A DNA stretch of 64,000 bases from Dudresnaya verticillata (Eukaryota). Every line of letters begins with the position of its first letter. Position 1 is the first letter of the stretch. A model generated the notes under the pieces. It ran no database searches and was not told the DNA's origin. It saw nothing but the letters and a program-made list of their open reading frames with translations. The stretch spans positions 2,418,001 through 2,482,000 of the forward strand of contig OZ374559.1 in assembly GCA_977862235.1 (NCBI GenBank), written 5' to 3'. Position numbers and translations under genes: made by a program. Shown in pieces: positions 1 to 13,100 of the stretch.

Positions 1-29
1 CACCATGATCGATGCGAGCGAATCCCTGT

Positions 30-713
30 TTAGGATTCCTTGGATTTCGCGGAACTCCCTTTTGTCTCCGCGTTACCAACCTCCTGTTTAGCCAGTGATT
101 TGGCTGTCTCGATAGTATACTTCGCAGATAATTCCTTAAACACAGAAGAATAGATTTCAGACGGAATCTGTTCCCGTTGTGCCACCACTTTTGTCTCGAC
201 CAAGTCAGCCAGCTGTCGAGCAATTGCAGGGCCCTTCTCCAAAACAGTCTTGAAATGCGTCGTGCGCATCGCCAGCACCTCTTTGGCACCTTCCAAAGAC
301 AGGAAAACAAGTTTAAAGAGACGTCCCTGTTTTGCAGCATCAGCCTCGACCTCAGCGAGGACAAACGCTTCGAGAGCCTGCTCGACCCAGGCGCCTGCTG
401 CGTGGATGTACTCCAGCTCTTTGCCGTTGCGGCGGTCTTTGCGGTAGGTCTCGCGGTACAAGACTGTCTCTGGTTTAAAATAGCCTGTCTGATTAGGTTG
501 TACGATCCCCGATCGGGGCCAAAGTGGTGCTCTTCCGGCGAGTTGAAGATCACTAAGGCGATTAATAACGTCAGTGTAATCAGTCGCCTCGGGACTGAGG
601 AAGTGATCTGTTGGTAGAGCATTACTCATATTCTGAAGGTTCACACTGTAAATGACCAGCGTCTCCTTTCGACTCAGAGAACAACTCTGAAGAGAAAGGA
701 CGGAACTTACCAC
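30..713 (-). CDS. Orphan ORF, possibly ORF1/gag of a retroelement continuing off the left edge
   Basis: 227-codon open frame with natural-looking helical composition (true ATG probably MSNALP at ~629). No motif recognised. Confidence 0.3.
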   Translation of the reverse strand: MVSSVLSLQSCSLSRKETLVIYSVNLQNMSNALPTDHFLSPEATDYTDVINRLSDLQLAGRAPLWPRSGIVQPNQTGYFKPETVLYRETYRKDRRNGKELEYIHAAGAWVEQALEAFVLAEVEADAAKQGRLFKLVFLSLEGAKEVLAMRTTHFKTVLEKGPAIARQLADLVETKVVAQREQIPSEIYSSVFKELSAKYTIETAKSLAKQEVGNAETKGSSAKSKES

Positions 714-2109
714 GGTAGATTGGTGGCTCTAGGACTGTTAATGTCCTTATATGGTGGCCTCGAACATTCTGCGTTGGTCCTGTTCTCGTTGGCTTGAGCG
801 CATTCATCCTGATGGCATATCGGGATTGCTCATACGATATATATAACAGAGTATCGACGAAAGTATCGTTGATAGCTTATGATCGATAAACCGTAGAACG
901 ATCGGCATTGCTCTCTATCCTTAGTAGTACCTTTTCTTTTCCGTACAGGCTTTACAGCACACGAAAAACTGAGCGTGCGAAGCTTGGTGCGTTTGAAAAG
1001 TGTTGAAACGCATTCTACTGAGGTTGATGGGTCGTATATATACAGGTTTTGGTTTGGGGACTACTCAGAATAGGGACATTGGGATAGCGATAGAATATTG
1101 ATAGCGGTTGCGATGCTGTTTCCTTATGGCACGGTTGGTATGCTATGAAGCGTTTGTAAGGCTTACAATGCGTATAATGCGTTCCCACGCGTGGCTCGAC
1201 GTCTTGAGGTGATTTGGTGCTGGGCACTGGAGCTGCCTCATTACCAGCTCTGTAAACTAAACACAACAGCGAATGTGAGGTGTTGTTGAAGATGTAATAA
1301 TAGACCACGTCCACCTCCAGAGTCAGTTGTTGTGAATATCATACCCCGCACGCAACATACACTCCTTGAATCGCCACAATGAACGCAATCGACCAAGTTG
1401 GACGGAAATGAAGCTTGGCTGCAGGACTGGCCGCAAATTGCAACACTGGGTGTGCCTCGAAATGGGCCTTAGTTGCCCGCACAGGACCACGTTAAACAAA
1501 ATAAACAATACAACCTGACAACGGTGACGAAGATCGAGAGTGCCGGTCAGGCAGTCCGGCACACCAGCAATGGCCTGGGCACTTGTTGTCGCGTTTTCCC
1601 ATAAGTCACAGCTCTCTGAATTTGTTGTCATTGCATAGGCCTCTGCACCTATTGCTTTCGGTAGGTACATTGCCGAGGCCGGAGGTTGGTTGGTCGTCGT
1701 CTACTAACACACGAGTTTGCCAGTAGATGGCCGCTAAAATACCCATTAGCTGAAGCCACCGCGGTACAGTAATTGGACAACGGGAGTTGTCTCTCCCATG
1801 AACCGCGTGGGAAACGATCATCGCGAAGGTGAAGAAGACGAAGAGAGCTTATTAGCCGAGGCAGCGAGGATGGGAAAAGTTGAGATACATACGTGCAGAT
1901 ATGTTTACATCGTCAAGTGAGTGAAGCGTTCAAGGAAATTATACATAGTAGGGCTCTCCAATCTGTGCGCACTCCTCGCCGCTGCCCTCGAGGCACGAAC
2001 ACACACCTTCCGATTGACAATGACTCGTGATGCACGCGCAGCATTGTGGGCAATGTAGAGCGACGATTTTGACTCTCTTGACCTGAAAGTGCATGAGCTT
2101 CTCCTCAGT

Positions 2110-2175
2110 CATTCCAACAGTTAGCCCCCTTAAGGGGCTTCTCTCTTGTTCTTTAATAAAGGTCTCCTCTCTCTT
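2110..2175 (+). mobile_element. Very short 3' end of RLE (CRE-like) non-LTR retrotransposon
   Basis: AGCCCCCTTAAGGGGCTTCTCTCTTGTTCTTTAATAAAGGTCTC, nearly identical to the 3' UTR at 9960-10005. Confidence 0.75.
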
Positions 2176-2189
2176 TTGTTTAGAGTGGT

Positions 2190-3558
2190 CCTGCGCGGGC
2201 GGCTATGGCCCATTTGAAGGCACACTTTCGGGCTGTGGTCTATTCAGGCGATGTGGAGTGCTCCTGCGGGAGGGGGAGAGGGAATTCTTCTTGGCAGGCC
2301 GCTCGGATCAGGTAGATGGCTTCCGTTATTTCTTGGAGATCTTGAGGGGTGGGTTCCCGTAGTGCGAGCTTGTGTAGAGTGGTAGCGGGTTGGCGGAGGG
2401 CAGCGCGCTAGGATGGGAGTGGAGGACTCTGGGCTGCGCTACGGAGCGAGACGCTCGGGAACTTTGTGAGGGCCTGTGGCGTATGGCCTGCGTGCCACGA
2501 TGCGGTTGTGTCTTTTGATTGTTCGGTCCTTCGGAGGCTTTGGATGAGCTGATGTTGTAGGTATGTATGGCGGACCTTCAGGGGCTCTATGCGGTAGAGG
2601 GCGCGTAGTTTCCGCAGCCGGGGAGCAGACACGCGTTGCGATTTCTGCCTTATGCAGATACGGAAGAAATGGGAGTCCAGGGAGTCGAGAGCGGTTTCCA
2701 ATTCACTCGTTATGTTGACCAGGACTAGGCCATATTCGTAGATCGGTCTGACAAACGCGTTGTACAAATATATCGCGGAGGCGGCGGGCATTGTAGAGGA
2801 GAGTGAGCCCAAGAATTGCAGTGCGCCGATGGCCCTTTTGGCAGCAGAGATGCGCGCGAGTACTGTAGCGGCCCCGGCCCCGTTGATGTTAATTTCAACA
2901 CCAAGGTACACAAAGTTGCTCCGGACAGGGATTGGTGCACCCGCGATACTGAACGCTGCTGTGCTGGGTCTTGTTCTGTGACGTGTTGGGAGTATTGCCG
3001 TGCACTTGGCGGGGGACCAGGTCATCCCGTGCTTGGCAGCCAATTGATCGCAAACCTGTAGGGCTAAGCGTAGGGAGTGGGGGCACGAGGTCTGTATCAG
3101 CCAGTCATCTTTAAACAACCGGCCAGGTGGGTCTTTTTGTCACTGCGGTGGAGAGCTTCACAAAGTTCGTACGCTAGCAAGTCGATGAAGATATTAAAAA
3201 GGATTGGGCTGAGGGGGGAACCTTGCACCACACCGCGTTGTATTGCAGCCTAGCACGGTGTTGCATCGCCTGCAGTCCGCACATTGAGAGTTACAAAGGT
3301 GCTGCGGATCATTCCAGTAAGGTGTGGGGGGGGGGGGGCCTTTCTTCACAAATGTTGATGAGTTTGTGTCTGTCCACTGGGTCGTAGGCCCGTTTTAGGT
3401 CCAGTACTGCTCTGTAATCTTCCCCTTGGCTACTTGCAGATAGCGTGTGTACGACTGCCATCTCCGCACGGAGACACCTCTGAAAGCCTAGTTGCATCTT
3501 GTGCGGCTTAAAGATTGCCTCCAACTGGAACGCGAGCGCTCGTTCGATTGTTTTTCGT
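2190..3558 (-). pseudogene. Degraded non-LTR (LINE) reverse transcriptase
   Basis: QLGFQR..., VLDLKRAYDPVD, GVVQGSPLSPILFNIFID (3180-3235 rc), FKDD at the YADD position, WSPAKC, YLGV, YNAFVRPIYEYG. Split by frameshifts and stops; 5' part ends at the inverted-duplication boundary. Confidence 0.85.
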
Positions 3559-4097
3559 AGTTGTGCAGCTGCAATACGGCTTAGCCTCACTCTCCACCTG
3601 ACATCATAAAGGTTCCAACTTCTGTACATATTCTCCCATTTGAAAGAATTTCAGAAACCGGTAACCCCTTGTCGAAAACCTTAACTTGATTTCTCAGACA
3701 AGAAGGGGCTAAACGAGAAAGGGAATGGGAATCAGCTAATTACTTACATGTCGATGTTAATGGATTTTTTTACGTGGGTATCCTCACAAAAGTCGTTCTC
3801 TCGAGCAAAACAGATCCCGTGAATGACTCTCCTTAAGCTCCCTTACGGAGCTTCCTGATATTTCTCCAAGTTCTGCATAAAGTTATTCTCTCTCGATCCC
3901 AAGTTTGGGAAGATCGGCAGAAGTACCAATAGCAAAATTAAATATCGAGTCATGTAATAGTGTAACCCATTTATCAGAAGTCCTTCATTCACAAACTCAA
4001 TGTGTGAGCTATCAAATTTATGAAGCTTAGGAAGCTTCGTCTTGCGCGGTTTCAGAGGTGGAGAACAATAGCAAGCATCCCTTTAATCGCAAGATTT

Positions 4098-4218
4098 AGA
4101 GTAAGTCCCTTAAGGGGACTTAATACACACTCTTACTAACGCGGCGGTCAACAAGCTTGCGCCTGTTAACAGAAACCGCGACACACTGTAATAGTAAAGA
4201 GGTAAGGCGGGAGAGCAT
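4098..4218 (-). mobile_element. 3' fragment of RLE non-LTR element (mirror copy at ~17311-17431)
   Basis: Encodes LSRLTSLLLQCVAVSVNRRKLVDRRVSKSVY*, followed by hairpin AAGTCCCCTTAAGGGACTT. Confidence 0.8.
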
Positions 4219-4355
4219 TATAGGTGCTATAATGGACGTATTGTGGGCAGAAGTACACCCTGTATTAGATCCTCCTGATCCTACTTTTTTAGGAGGACCC
4301 ATACATGTGCCGCCCAGACAGCCCCACTGCTGAAATGCTGAACCTGATACTTGAA

Positions 4356-5108
4356 CTAATGGCCTGTGCCGAGATCGTTCAGGTCCTTTGCAAGCTCCTC
4401 CGGAAAGTCCTCCATCTTTTTGATTTCCTCCATGTCAATATCGATTTCACCCTCTTCGGAGATCACTCCATCGCCATGGGCATCGTGCTTCTCGTCCTCC
4501 ACTTTCTTGTTCGATGCCTCCAAATCAGCCTGAGCAGTAGCCTGCCTGGCAGATTCTTTTGTAGCCGCGCACTTCAACGACGGAGAAACAGGAATTGGCA
4601 ATTTCTGACAATAACTGCCACACTTTCCAGCGTAGACGCCCCTCCAGAGTAAGCTTGTAGTAGCCTTCAGTGGACATTTCGCCCCGCTCAAACAGGCTGC
4701 GGTGCACTTGCGATAAGCAATGTAGCAATACCTGTTGCAACTGGCCACAATTGATCCGCGTGTTACCCGAGGATCCCTCTTGCACTTGCAGAGACTCCCA
4801 CTTCGAACCTCATCTGTGCGGGCAACACACGAACACGTGCGGATGCACTTGGAATAGTGCTGCCTACATTCGCTGTAACAATTGTAGCTTGCGCTTGCAG
4901 TGTCCCTTTCGGTAAACCAATTGCCACGGGCGTAGTACCCGATTTGACAGGGAGGTGAAGCTGCGCAACATGCCGGGTGCGATGTAGGACTGCACTTCTT
5001 GGCTAAGTAGGTGGTATAGTATGAATAACCATAGTCGCGAAGGGCGAGAGTACTAGAAACGAGAACCAGTACGGTCAGCAGGATCATTGACGTTCGGCAA
5101 CTCGTCAT
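4356..5108 (-). CDS. Secreted cysteine-rich protein with acidic C-terminal tail, copy 1
   Basis: Intact intronless 250-aa ORF. Hydrophobic signal peptide (ILLTVLVLVSSTLA), 20 Cys, basic core, D/E-rich tail. Frame preserved in the second copy. Confidence 0.85.
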   Translation of the reverse strand: MTSCRTSMILLTVLVLVSSTLALRDYGYSYYTTYLAKKCSPTSHPACCAASPPCQIGYYARGNWFTERDTASASYNCYSECRQHYSKCIRTCSCVARTDEVRSGSLCKCKRDPRVTRGSIVASCNRYCYIAYRKCTAACLSGAKCPLKATTSLLWRGVYAGKCGSYCQKLPIPVSPSLKCAATKESARQATAQADLEASNKKVEDEKHDAHGDGVISEEGEIDIDMEEIKKMEDFPEELAKDLNDLGTGH

Positions 5109-6837
5109 TTTTGAAAATCCTTTGCAGTGAAGCTGGTGGTGCCGATTTCTGCTCGAGTTCGGATTGAGTCGGTCTTGTCAGGGAAGAAGGCGTTGCTTTT
5201 CTCACTGGCCTTGTTCTGCGTTCCTTCCAGAGAATCTTCTCCTCTTATAACATTTTCTTGAACACTTTTTGCCGGCAATGTCTTCTCTGAAACTCTATTC
5301 CGGTGTGACTCAGTGCCATTGCTGCTCTACGAGGTAAGCAACTACACTCCCTCAAAGAACAAGTAGCGAATTCGGGCTGTAAAACGAGATAGAGCGAGTG
5401 TCAAGGCGAAAATCTGTTGCCATCAGCGAGGATATCCGATTCTCCCGCACTTTATCATTTCAGACTGACCCTTCCCCAGGTTGTGGCCGACAGCCCTAAT
5501 ATGATTAGGGCTATTGTATTTGCTTTTCTAGTCGTTTGTAAGGCCTTTCTATGGGTCTTTTCCAGTTGCACAATGACGAAGTTCTCTCGCAGCTTCACAA
5601 GAGAAGTGTATTGTTCACTGTGAATCGCCATCCTAGGGACGGGAAATAGATATTATTGCAAGACTATGTACACCCGGTGTATTTGAGACCACAGAAGTAG
5701 TCACCGCAAAAGGAAATGCGACAAGGCAAAGAAACAAGGCAAAAGAAATAAGACAGAAAACGTCAAAGTATGCACTGTGTGGTCCGATTTTTCGAAGTAG
5801 TAACGCGCCCAAGAAACTGCTGAGTGCAACAAGGGTATCAGGCAATTCTCTTGGGTTTTTTTCTATGAGGTCCATGTCCGGTCTTGTGAGAGAGGAGGCA
5901 GTGCAGCCAAGAGTCCCACACTCTGCGATAATTTTTCCATTTTTGTCTAGGACAAGTGATTCCAAGCAAGCTGCAAATAGGTCACAGTCTGTGGCCACAA
6001 GTCCCAGTTAAGTTTGGCACTCTCCGGGCTCAGAGGGGATATCTTGCGCAACTCACGGTAGACAGTCGCGCAGGCAACAAAAATTGTTGTAGTTTGCAAT
6101 CATCTTCAAGACGGGGACGAGGACATCATAAGAGTACTCTTGGCAGCAAGTAGTACAGTACTGGCGCTTGCAATAAGATTACAGCTATTGAGACTAAAAG
6201 GTACAAGACTAGATGACGGATTGTAATGGGCTCCACAAGCGATGTAATAGCGCTTGAGATAATTGAGACGGTTACGTCTTTAGCTCGAACCGTTTGTTTC
6301 AATTGGGCTTGGTACCGACTGAGCTTTGAAGCCACATTGAAGAACTCTGATGAACAGAAGAACAGTGCTTCTAACACCACCTCAAGCCTTTCAAATGAAT
6401 TCCTACAGAACTGCAGAGAGCGCACTGCTAATGCCGTCATCATTTCCATGTACATAGCGCTGAGTTCCGTATACATGTATAAAAAGTTTGCATTATGTGT
6501 GGTCTCACTTCCGAGAAAGAGAAGAATGCGTAGATGTGAGAATGAGAAGATCTCGTGTCATCGGTGGGACTGGTTTCGAGACTCTTAAGAGACGATTAAT
6601 TGTGATCCAGCAACAGAGCACCAACCTGTGACTGTCCCTATCGCGTTGCAACAAGAGGCACCATTGGCTACAACTCGTCCTATAAATATTGACAAGGACC
6701 ATTACGCAGCCTCACTAGGCACACCTTTGAGTGACAACTTGTGTCACTGACTGACAAGAACAACAGGGCGGAATACAAACTCGAATTTGTGTTGGTTATT
6801 GATGTATAGGCCGTATTGGTGTCGGTTTTGACACCGG

Positions 6838-6970
6838 TATTGAGCGTATCGCTGATTACATTGCTGTTAAGAAAGGGACTTCCCCCATCGCTGAGAAGCT
6901 TGCTCTATTAACGTCTCTTACTATACTTGTTCTTCACTGTGTTGCAGTTACGGTGAATCACCGCAACCTA
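6838..6970 (+). mobile_element. Fragment of RLE non-LTR C-terminus
   Basis: Translates IERIADYIAVKKGTSPIAEKLALLTSLTILVLHCVAVTVNHRN, homologous to the end of the 9388-9960 ORF. Confidence 0.7.
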
Positions 6971-9191
6971 TCCTCTACTGCCGCAATATGTCCAGGTACT
7001 TGGACCCTTTCCCAGGGTTGCTCTTTTCAGATTAAAATAAAGGTTGTGCTGATATTTCTGTTGGAATCTGCCCTCAAAAGGATTATTTTGCTGTTTGTTG
7101 AATTGAATACATTGCTGTATTGCTGTGTTTGCATTTCAAAGTGGTCGTCAATAGTGGAGCAGAAGCACAACACAGCACCAGCGCTGCTTGCTGAGCCTCT
7201 CCCACCCCAGACTAAGGGAGGGCAGCAATCCATGTCTTCTACTGTACCTACATTCACCGTATGTATGCGTGTATGTATGTATCAAACGTGTGGCATCTCT
7301 GTTATCATTATCTTGACAGTGCCAAGTTACACTCGCGTCTCTGATACACGCTGCAGTCTATTCGACACCCTGTGTGGCTCAACAAGTCCAGAGGTATTGA
7401 TACTGTCCGTACAGAGTGCAGTAGATGTTCGTATTGCTGTACACCGGGCCGCGGACTGCTCGTCGCCCGGAACCAAACCGCAATAACAATTCCTTAACGC
7501 CGATGTGCCGCTCCCGATGTCGCAAGCGTCTCTCTGTAGTTTAAGTACCTTTCGCGTCAAGTTCCAAAGTACTCGTCTAAAGTACTCGTCTAGCTGGTCT
7601 GATCATCCCAGTATTGCATCTGCTCAAGGGCTGTCTGTCTCTGAATTGTCTACACCTTAGCTTACTGCTGAGAGAGGCTATATCCCTGAGCGGCTAGTTC
7701 CACAACAGAGGGGTTTCGAAGGGCTTAGCATCAATATTTCGGGCATCTATCCAGCGCACAAGCACACAAACCCGCAGGGCTCGAACACACAAGCTCCATG
7801 GTGGACGAAGAAAAACGAAACCACTGAGCTATTGCCACCGTCCTGTAGATTTCTTCAATATAGTTGTTCCGTTATGCCCCCACTTAATATCCTACGCTGT
7901 AGGTATCTACAAAATTCATTGAATCTTTATTGTTGCTCTCCTACTGAGGCTGTGTAGAGTGTGTCTGCGTCGTCAGAGCCTTGTAGGATGTCTGTATAAG
8001 GGTACCTGGCCATTCGAGCGGCGATTTTCTAGTGGTGGTACTTTAATAAGAATGCCGTTGGAAACGATGTAAAGCAGAAATATCTAGATCTTCCACGAGT
8101 ATCTCATTAGCGTGCAGATGGCTCCATCACCAATGTCTCTCAATGGCACTGGATATGGAACTTTAGAAAATATTGGACCTTTCAGGAACTCTGGCCAACT
8201 TATTCTTTTTCTCCTTTCTCGGGGTGATCTACTGCCCCTATTGTTGTCCTGAATAAAGTTGTCCCTCTCTGTATTCTTCGAGAATGGCAGGCAGCAGACA
8301 AGGATTCTAGAAAACAGTGCACAGTTTCTTACAATCCAGTACGGTAGTTTATGCATAGGTGTCGGTCCGTTCACATATTTACATCCATTTCCATTTGGAG
8401 CTTTGAAGGCTCTTACCCTTTCTGATGACTTCCTTATCAGCGAGATACCTTCACATAACCATGTGCCTAAGCAAATTATTATGTTATGGTAACGATGTGC
8501 CTAAGCACAGAATTTTGAGAGGGTGTCTTGCGGGGAGCCATGCGCAAGACGAAAAACGCTTTGACACTGTCGTGGGTGAATAGCTCAACTAAGTTTGGAA
8601 TAATATCTGGATATGATCATATTGGAAGCAGCACTTAGCAGGTAGCTGCTGTTGTTCCGAGCAACTCATGCAAAATATTTCCATGTGGAACAACATTTTC
8701 TGCATAACGCGCAGCGAGTTACTAAGTTTGCATGGAAATCTGTCGTGACTATCGTGAAAACAATGTGGTCGATACGCTGGCGGCAACGAGTTGGACTCTA
8801 CACTTATATTTATAATCTAAGGTACGAATTCTGAAGTCCCTGGTTGTTGTCAAGAGAAAGAAATGCGTGTCACGCAAACCCCAATAAGTTCTAACATTCA
8901 CCATTTGCTGATCTTTGTTGAATAGAATGAGGGCTGCAGTTTGCAAAAAGCGATCAACGGGGGTTTCCTCAATCAAACATTTACTACCAATGCCTGCTGG
9001 TTTTCTTCCATGAATCTTCAACGATTCCTCCGGGCTTCATAGCTGAACCTCATGGCAATGCAACAGAAGACCGTGTGTCTAGTTCTGCCAGAACAAAAAA
9101 GTTGGCCAAAAAACAATTGGCAAAAACGAATGCAATGACGAATTATGTTCTTCATGACTGCGATTCATGTGCTGTGCAACCCTTCTAGTGA

Positions 9192-10018
9192 CTTGGACTT
9201 CCCATCTTCAGTGGTAGATGGAGATGATCCGTGACCCCGTTGTGTTGATGGTACCGCTTCTGCCCCCCTCTTCTTGATGTTTATGGGAATCACGCTACGG
9301 TCTGCTCTTCTCGCGAGGGCACGATACGCCATCATGATCATCTTCGGGATCGCCTAAGCGTTTTATTGCAGACTATCGCTCGCCCACATGGCGTGCGCAT
9401 CGAAGCTGAACATCGTTTCGATTATTCGGCTGAGCATGGTACTCGTGGCTCTGCTCCCAACACTGCCCGAACACGTGCAAAACGCGCACATGACGAGCGT
9501 CATGCTGCTTCTGGGTGGTATCCAACATCCTGTTGATCCACGTGACCAGCTGCGTATGGATCTTTTCGTTGATGATTGTGGCTTTGCCCCAAACCGCCAT
9601 GGATTCGATGTCTTGGTCGTCAGTCCCCATTCTATTCATGGCTCCACTGGTCGCGTTGCTGGCCAAGCAATTGCAGCCCGCGAACGTGTCAAACGCTCTC
9701 ATTACCGCCACGTATGCGCTAGTTTGGATATGGTTCTCCATCCTATGGTTGTAGATGTCTATGGCCGTGTTGGATTCGGCTTTGAAATTGGTGCCCAACG
9801 TATTGCTAATTTCATTGCCAGCAAGCGCGGGAACTCTCCGTCTAGGGAGAAACTTCGCCTCACTACTCGTTTACTCTCTTTAGTTCTCCAATGCGTCGCG
9901 GTGAGTGTCAACCGCCGCAAGCTCGCTCCTCCGCCTCTTTACGGTTGCACTGATTCATAAGCCCCCTTAAGAGGCTTCTCTCTTGTTCTTTAATAAAGGT
10001 CTCTCTCTCTATCTCTCT
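9192..10018 (+). mobile_element. 5'-truncated RLE-type (CRE-like) non-LTR retrotransposon with 10-bp TSD
   Basis: Zn-knuckle remnant LDVYGNHATVC..RHHDHLRD (~9270-9350). RLE motifs RMD..FDV.VVSP..RE..KRSHY..C..PMVVDVYG..RLLSLVLQ. 3' hairpin, AATAAA and (TC)n tail. TSD CTTCTAGTGA at 9182-9191 and 10019-10028. Confidence 0.85.
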
Positions 10019-10160
10019 CTTCTAGTGAGAAGGTTTCCCTTCTCACACGTCTTACCTCGTTATTGTTACAGTGCGTCGCTGTCTCAGTTAATAGGCGTAA
10101 GCTTCTTGACCGCCGTGTTGGAAACAGTGCAGATTAAGTCCCTTAATGGGCTTACTCTAT
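10019..10160 (+). mobile_element. Older RLE non-LTR 3' fragment into which the 9192-10018 copy inserted
   Basis: Rejoined with 9181 it reads PSSEKVSLLTRLTSLLLQCVAVSVNRRKLLDRRVGNSAD*, followed by AAGTCCCTTAATGGGCTT. Confidence 0.8.
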
Positions 10161-13100
10161 TTGAGAATATTTGTTTGCTCCATATATCCCGGCAAAGGAT
10201 TTAATGCCTTTGCCATTACACTATATTGATTTCGCAATTTCCAAATTGCCCGACATGGACACTCTCTTTCGCCTCTTCGTTCTCTCGGCATATGGAAAGG
10301 GCAATGGTTCTAGTAAAGTAATTCCATCGGCGTCCACACGGAGTAAAATGACAATGATGGACTACAATGAGTGATGCATGGTACGGCGAACTTGAATACA
10401 CTAAAGTCGTAGAGCAGATAAATCTGGAGAAACCGCGAGACAAAAGAGAACACCAACACACAGAGTTACAAGTTCACTATTCTGGCTGTGCATGACGGAG
10501 TGCCATGAAGTAGTCGATATTTATGGGATGATTCGCAGCCAATGGCGCCTCCCGTTGATATGCGCTGGCTCGAGTGCTCTGTTGCCTTATCACAAATAAT
10601 CGTCTCTCTAGAGTCTCTAGACCCATTCAACCGATGTCACAGGGTCTTCTCATTCTTGCTCCCTACAAACCCCCCTCTCTCTCTCTCGCCAATGCCATGA
10701 CACATAATGCAAATATATAGATACGGATTCAGCGCTAGGTACAACAACCTGTCCATGGTGGCCCTTTTGACACCAAGTATCTGACGTAGACATGAGGAAG
10801 GGGCTAAGGGGGTTCCACGAGTCCACCTCCTGTGCCATGGCTTCTTTTATCCAGCAAGTGGTGGTCAAGGCCGTGGAAATGTCGGTTTTTGTGTGTGTGT
10901 CGTTACCGCCAGCCTGCAAGCTCTGACTTGAGACTTGTCCTTTTCCGGGGACATGCCCTTTCAGGCCATCCGACCTACTGGGCCTATTCTAGAAGGATGT
11001 ACAAGCTTTTCCGGCAATTAATTGTCCTGGCTTTGTAATTTGGCCCACTACTGCAACGTGCCAGCACCCTCCCTAAACTTGTCAGAAGCCCATTAGTTGC
11101 CGGAGAGATCCTAGACATCACCTTCTCTCTCAGCAAATAGAAATATCTGATTTTCGACACCTTCCAATACATAACTGACAGCTGCGCCAATTGAAATGCT
11201 TCGCTATCAGCTACAGATCCGTACTTTCTGGGACAACCACACGGAAAAGTCAGTATTCAGATTGTCCAGAGCTCGCCTCACTTCATCAGTAAAATTCACG
11301 AGTGCGTAGCCATGTTCATAGAGTGAGCGGATGTAGGTCTTGTACTCATATTGGACAGCGTGTGGCGGCATCCTTGGAGATGAAAATCTCAGGGGATGTG
11401 TCTTCTTTTGCCTCCAGATCTGTTCATCTGGTTTACGACTTCGGTGTATTGACGTTGGCTGTACAACTCACCACATCATTCATTGTGGTCCATTATTGCC
11501 ATTAATTCGTAATAGCAAAGGCATTAAATCCTTTGCCGAGATATATCGAGACGGGATGGACAGCATATGAATCGCACTCATCAAGAACACAATTCGCCAT
11601 TGCATTCGTTTCTGGCAAGTGTATTTTGGCCAACTTTTTGCTCTTGCAGAACCAGACATACGGTCTTCTACTGCATTGCCATGAGGTTCAGCTATGAAGC
11701 CCAGAAGAATCGTTGAAGAGCCAAGGAAGAAATCCAGCTGCCATTCATAATAGATCTTTGATTGAGGAAAAACTCGTTGACCGCCTTTTTGCAAACTGCA
11801 TGCAGCTCTCATTCTGTTCAACAAGGACCAGCAAAAGTGGATGTTAGAACTTATTAGGGTTTGCGTGACACGCATTTCTTTCTCTTGACATCAACCAGGG
11901 GCAGCAGGATTGGAACCTTAGATTACAAATATAACTGCAGAGTCTAACTTGTTGCCTCCAGTGTATCGACCACACTGTTTTCACGATAGTCACGACAGAT
12001 TTTCCACGCAATCTTAGTAAGTCGATGCGCGCTGTGCAGAAAAAGTTGCTCCACATGGAAACATTTGCAGGAGTTGCTCGGAACAACAGCAACTTTCTGC
12101 TAAGCGCTGCTTCCAGATATTGTTTCAAACCTGGTTGAGCTATTCACCCACGACAGTGTCAAAGTGTTTTTCGTCTTGCGCATGGCTGCCCCCAAGATAC
12201 CCTCTCAAAATACTGTGCTTAGGCCACATCGTTATGTGAGGGTGTCTCGCTGCTAAGGAGGTCATTACAAAGGGCAAGAGCCTTCAAAGCTCCATATGCG
12301 AATGGATGTAGCTGAAATATGTGAACAGAGGGACGCCTACGCATAAACTACCGTACTGGATTATAGAAAGCTGTTCACTGTTTTCTAGAATCCTTGTGCA
12401 ATTCTCAAGAATACAGAGAGGGGCAATTTATTCAGGCACCAATAGGGGCAATAGATCACCCCGAGAAAGGAGAAAAGGAAGTTGACCAGAGTTCCTGAAA
12501 GGCCTAATCTTTTCTCAAGTTCCACATCCAGTGCCATTGAGAGACATTGGTGATGGAGCCATCTGCTCGCTGAGATACTCGCGAAAAAGATCTCGATATT
12601 CCTGCTTTTCCTGCTTTACATCGTTTCCGACGGCATTCTTAATAAAGTGCCGCAGCTAGGAAATTGCCGCTCGAATGGCCAGGTACGCGTATACACACAT
12701 CTTACAAAACTCTGACGATGCAGACATACTCTACACAGTCTCAAAGAGAGAACAACAATAAAGATTTACCACATCTTGTAGATACCTACAGCGTAGGTTA
12801 TTAAGTAGGGGCATATCGGAGCAACTGCACTACGGAAATCTACAGGAGGAGTGGCAATAGCTCAGAGGTTTCGTTTGGATTCATCCGCCTTCGAGCTTGT
12901 GGGTTCGAGTTTGCCGGATTTTGTGCTGTGCAATGGAGAGTAATCCACATGCTAAGCCCTTCGAAACTTCTCTGTTGTGGAACTTACCGCTCAGGGCAAT
13001 ACCGTCTCTCAGCAGTAAACGAAGGAGTAAGCCATTCAGAGACGGGCAGCCCTTGAGAAGACGCAATCCTAGGATGATCAGACCAGCTAGACAAGTTCTT

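Larger units (their letters stand above)
3559..10460. repeat. Left arm of large inverted duplication (partner 11395-18100)
   Basis: AGTTGTGCAGCTGCAATACGG at 3559 is the reverse complement of 18080-18100. Colinear inverted match continues to ~9180 and resumes 10178-10455 after an insertion. Confidence 0.95.

Noticed and set aside
4305..4915. ORFs antisense to or overlapping the Cys-rich gene (and their mirrors at 16614-17224)
   Set aside because: Shadow frames; conserved only because the DNA is duplicated.
5417..9021. Membrane-protein-like ORFs in the palindrome arms
   Set aside because: Frames are broken differently in the two arms and show no recognisable motif. May be an old pseudogene but cannot be supported.
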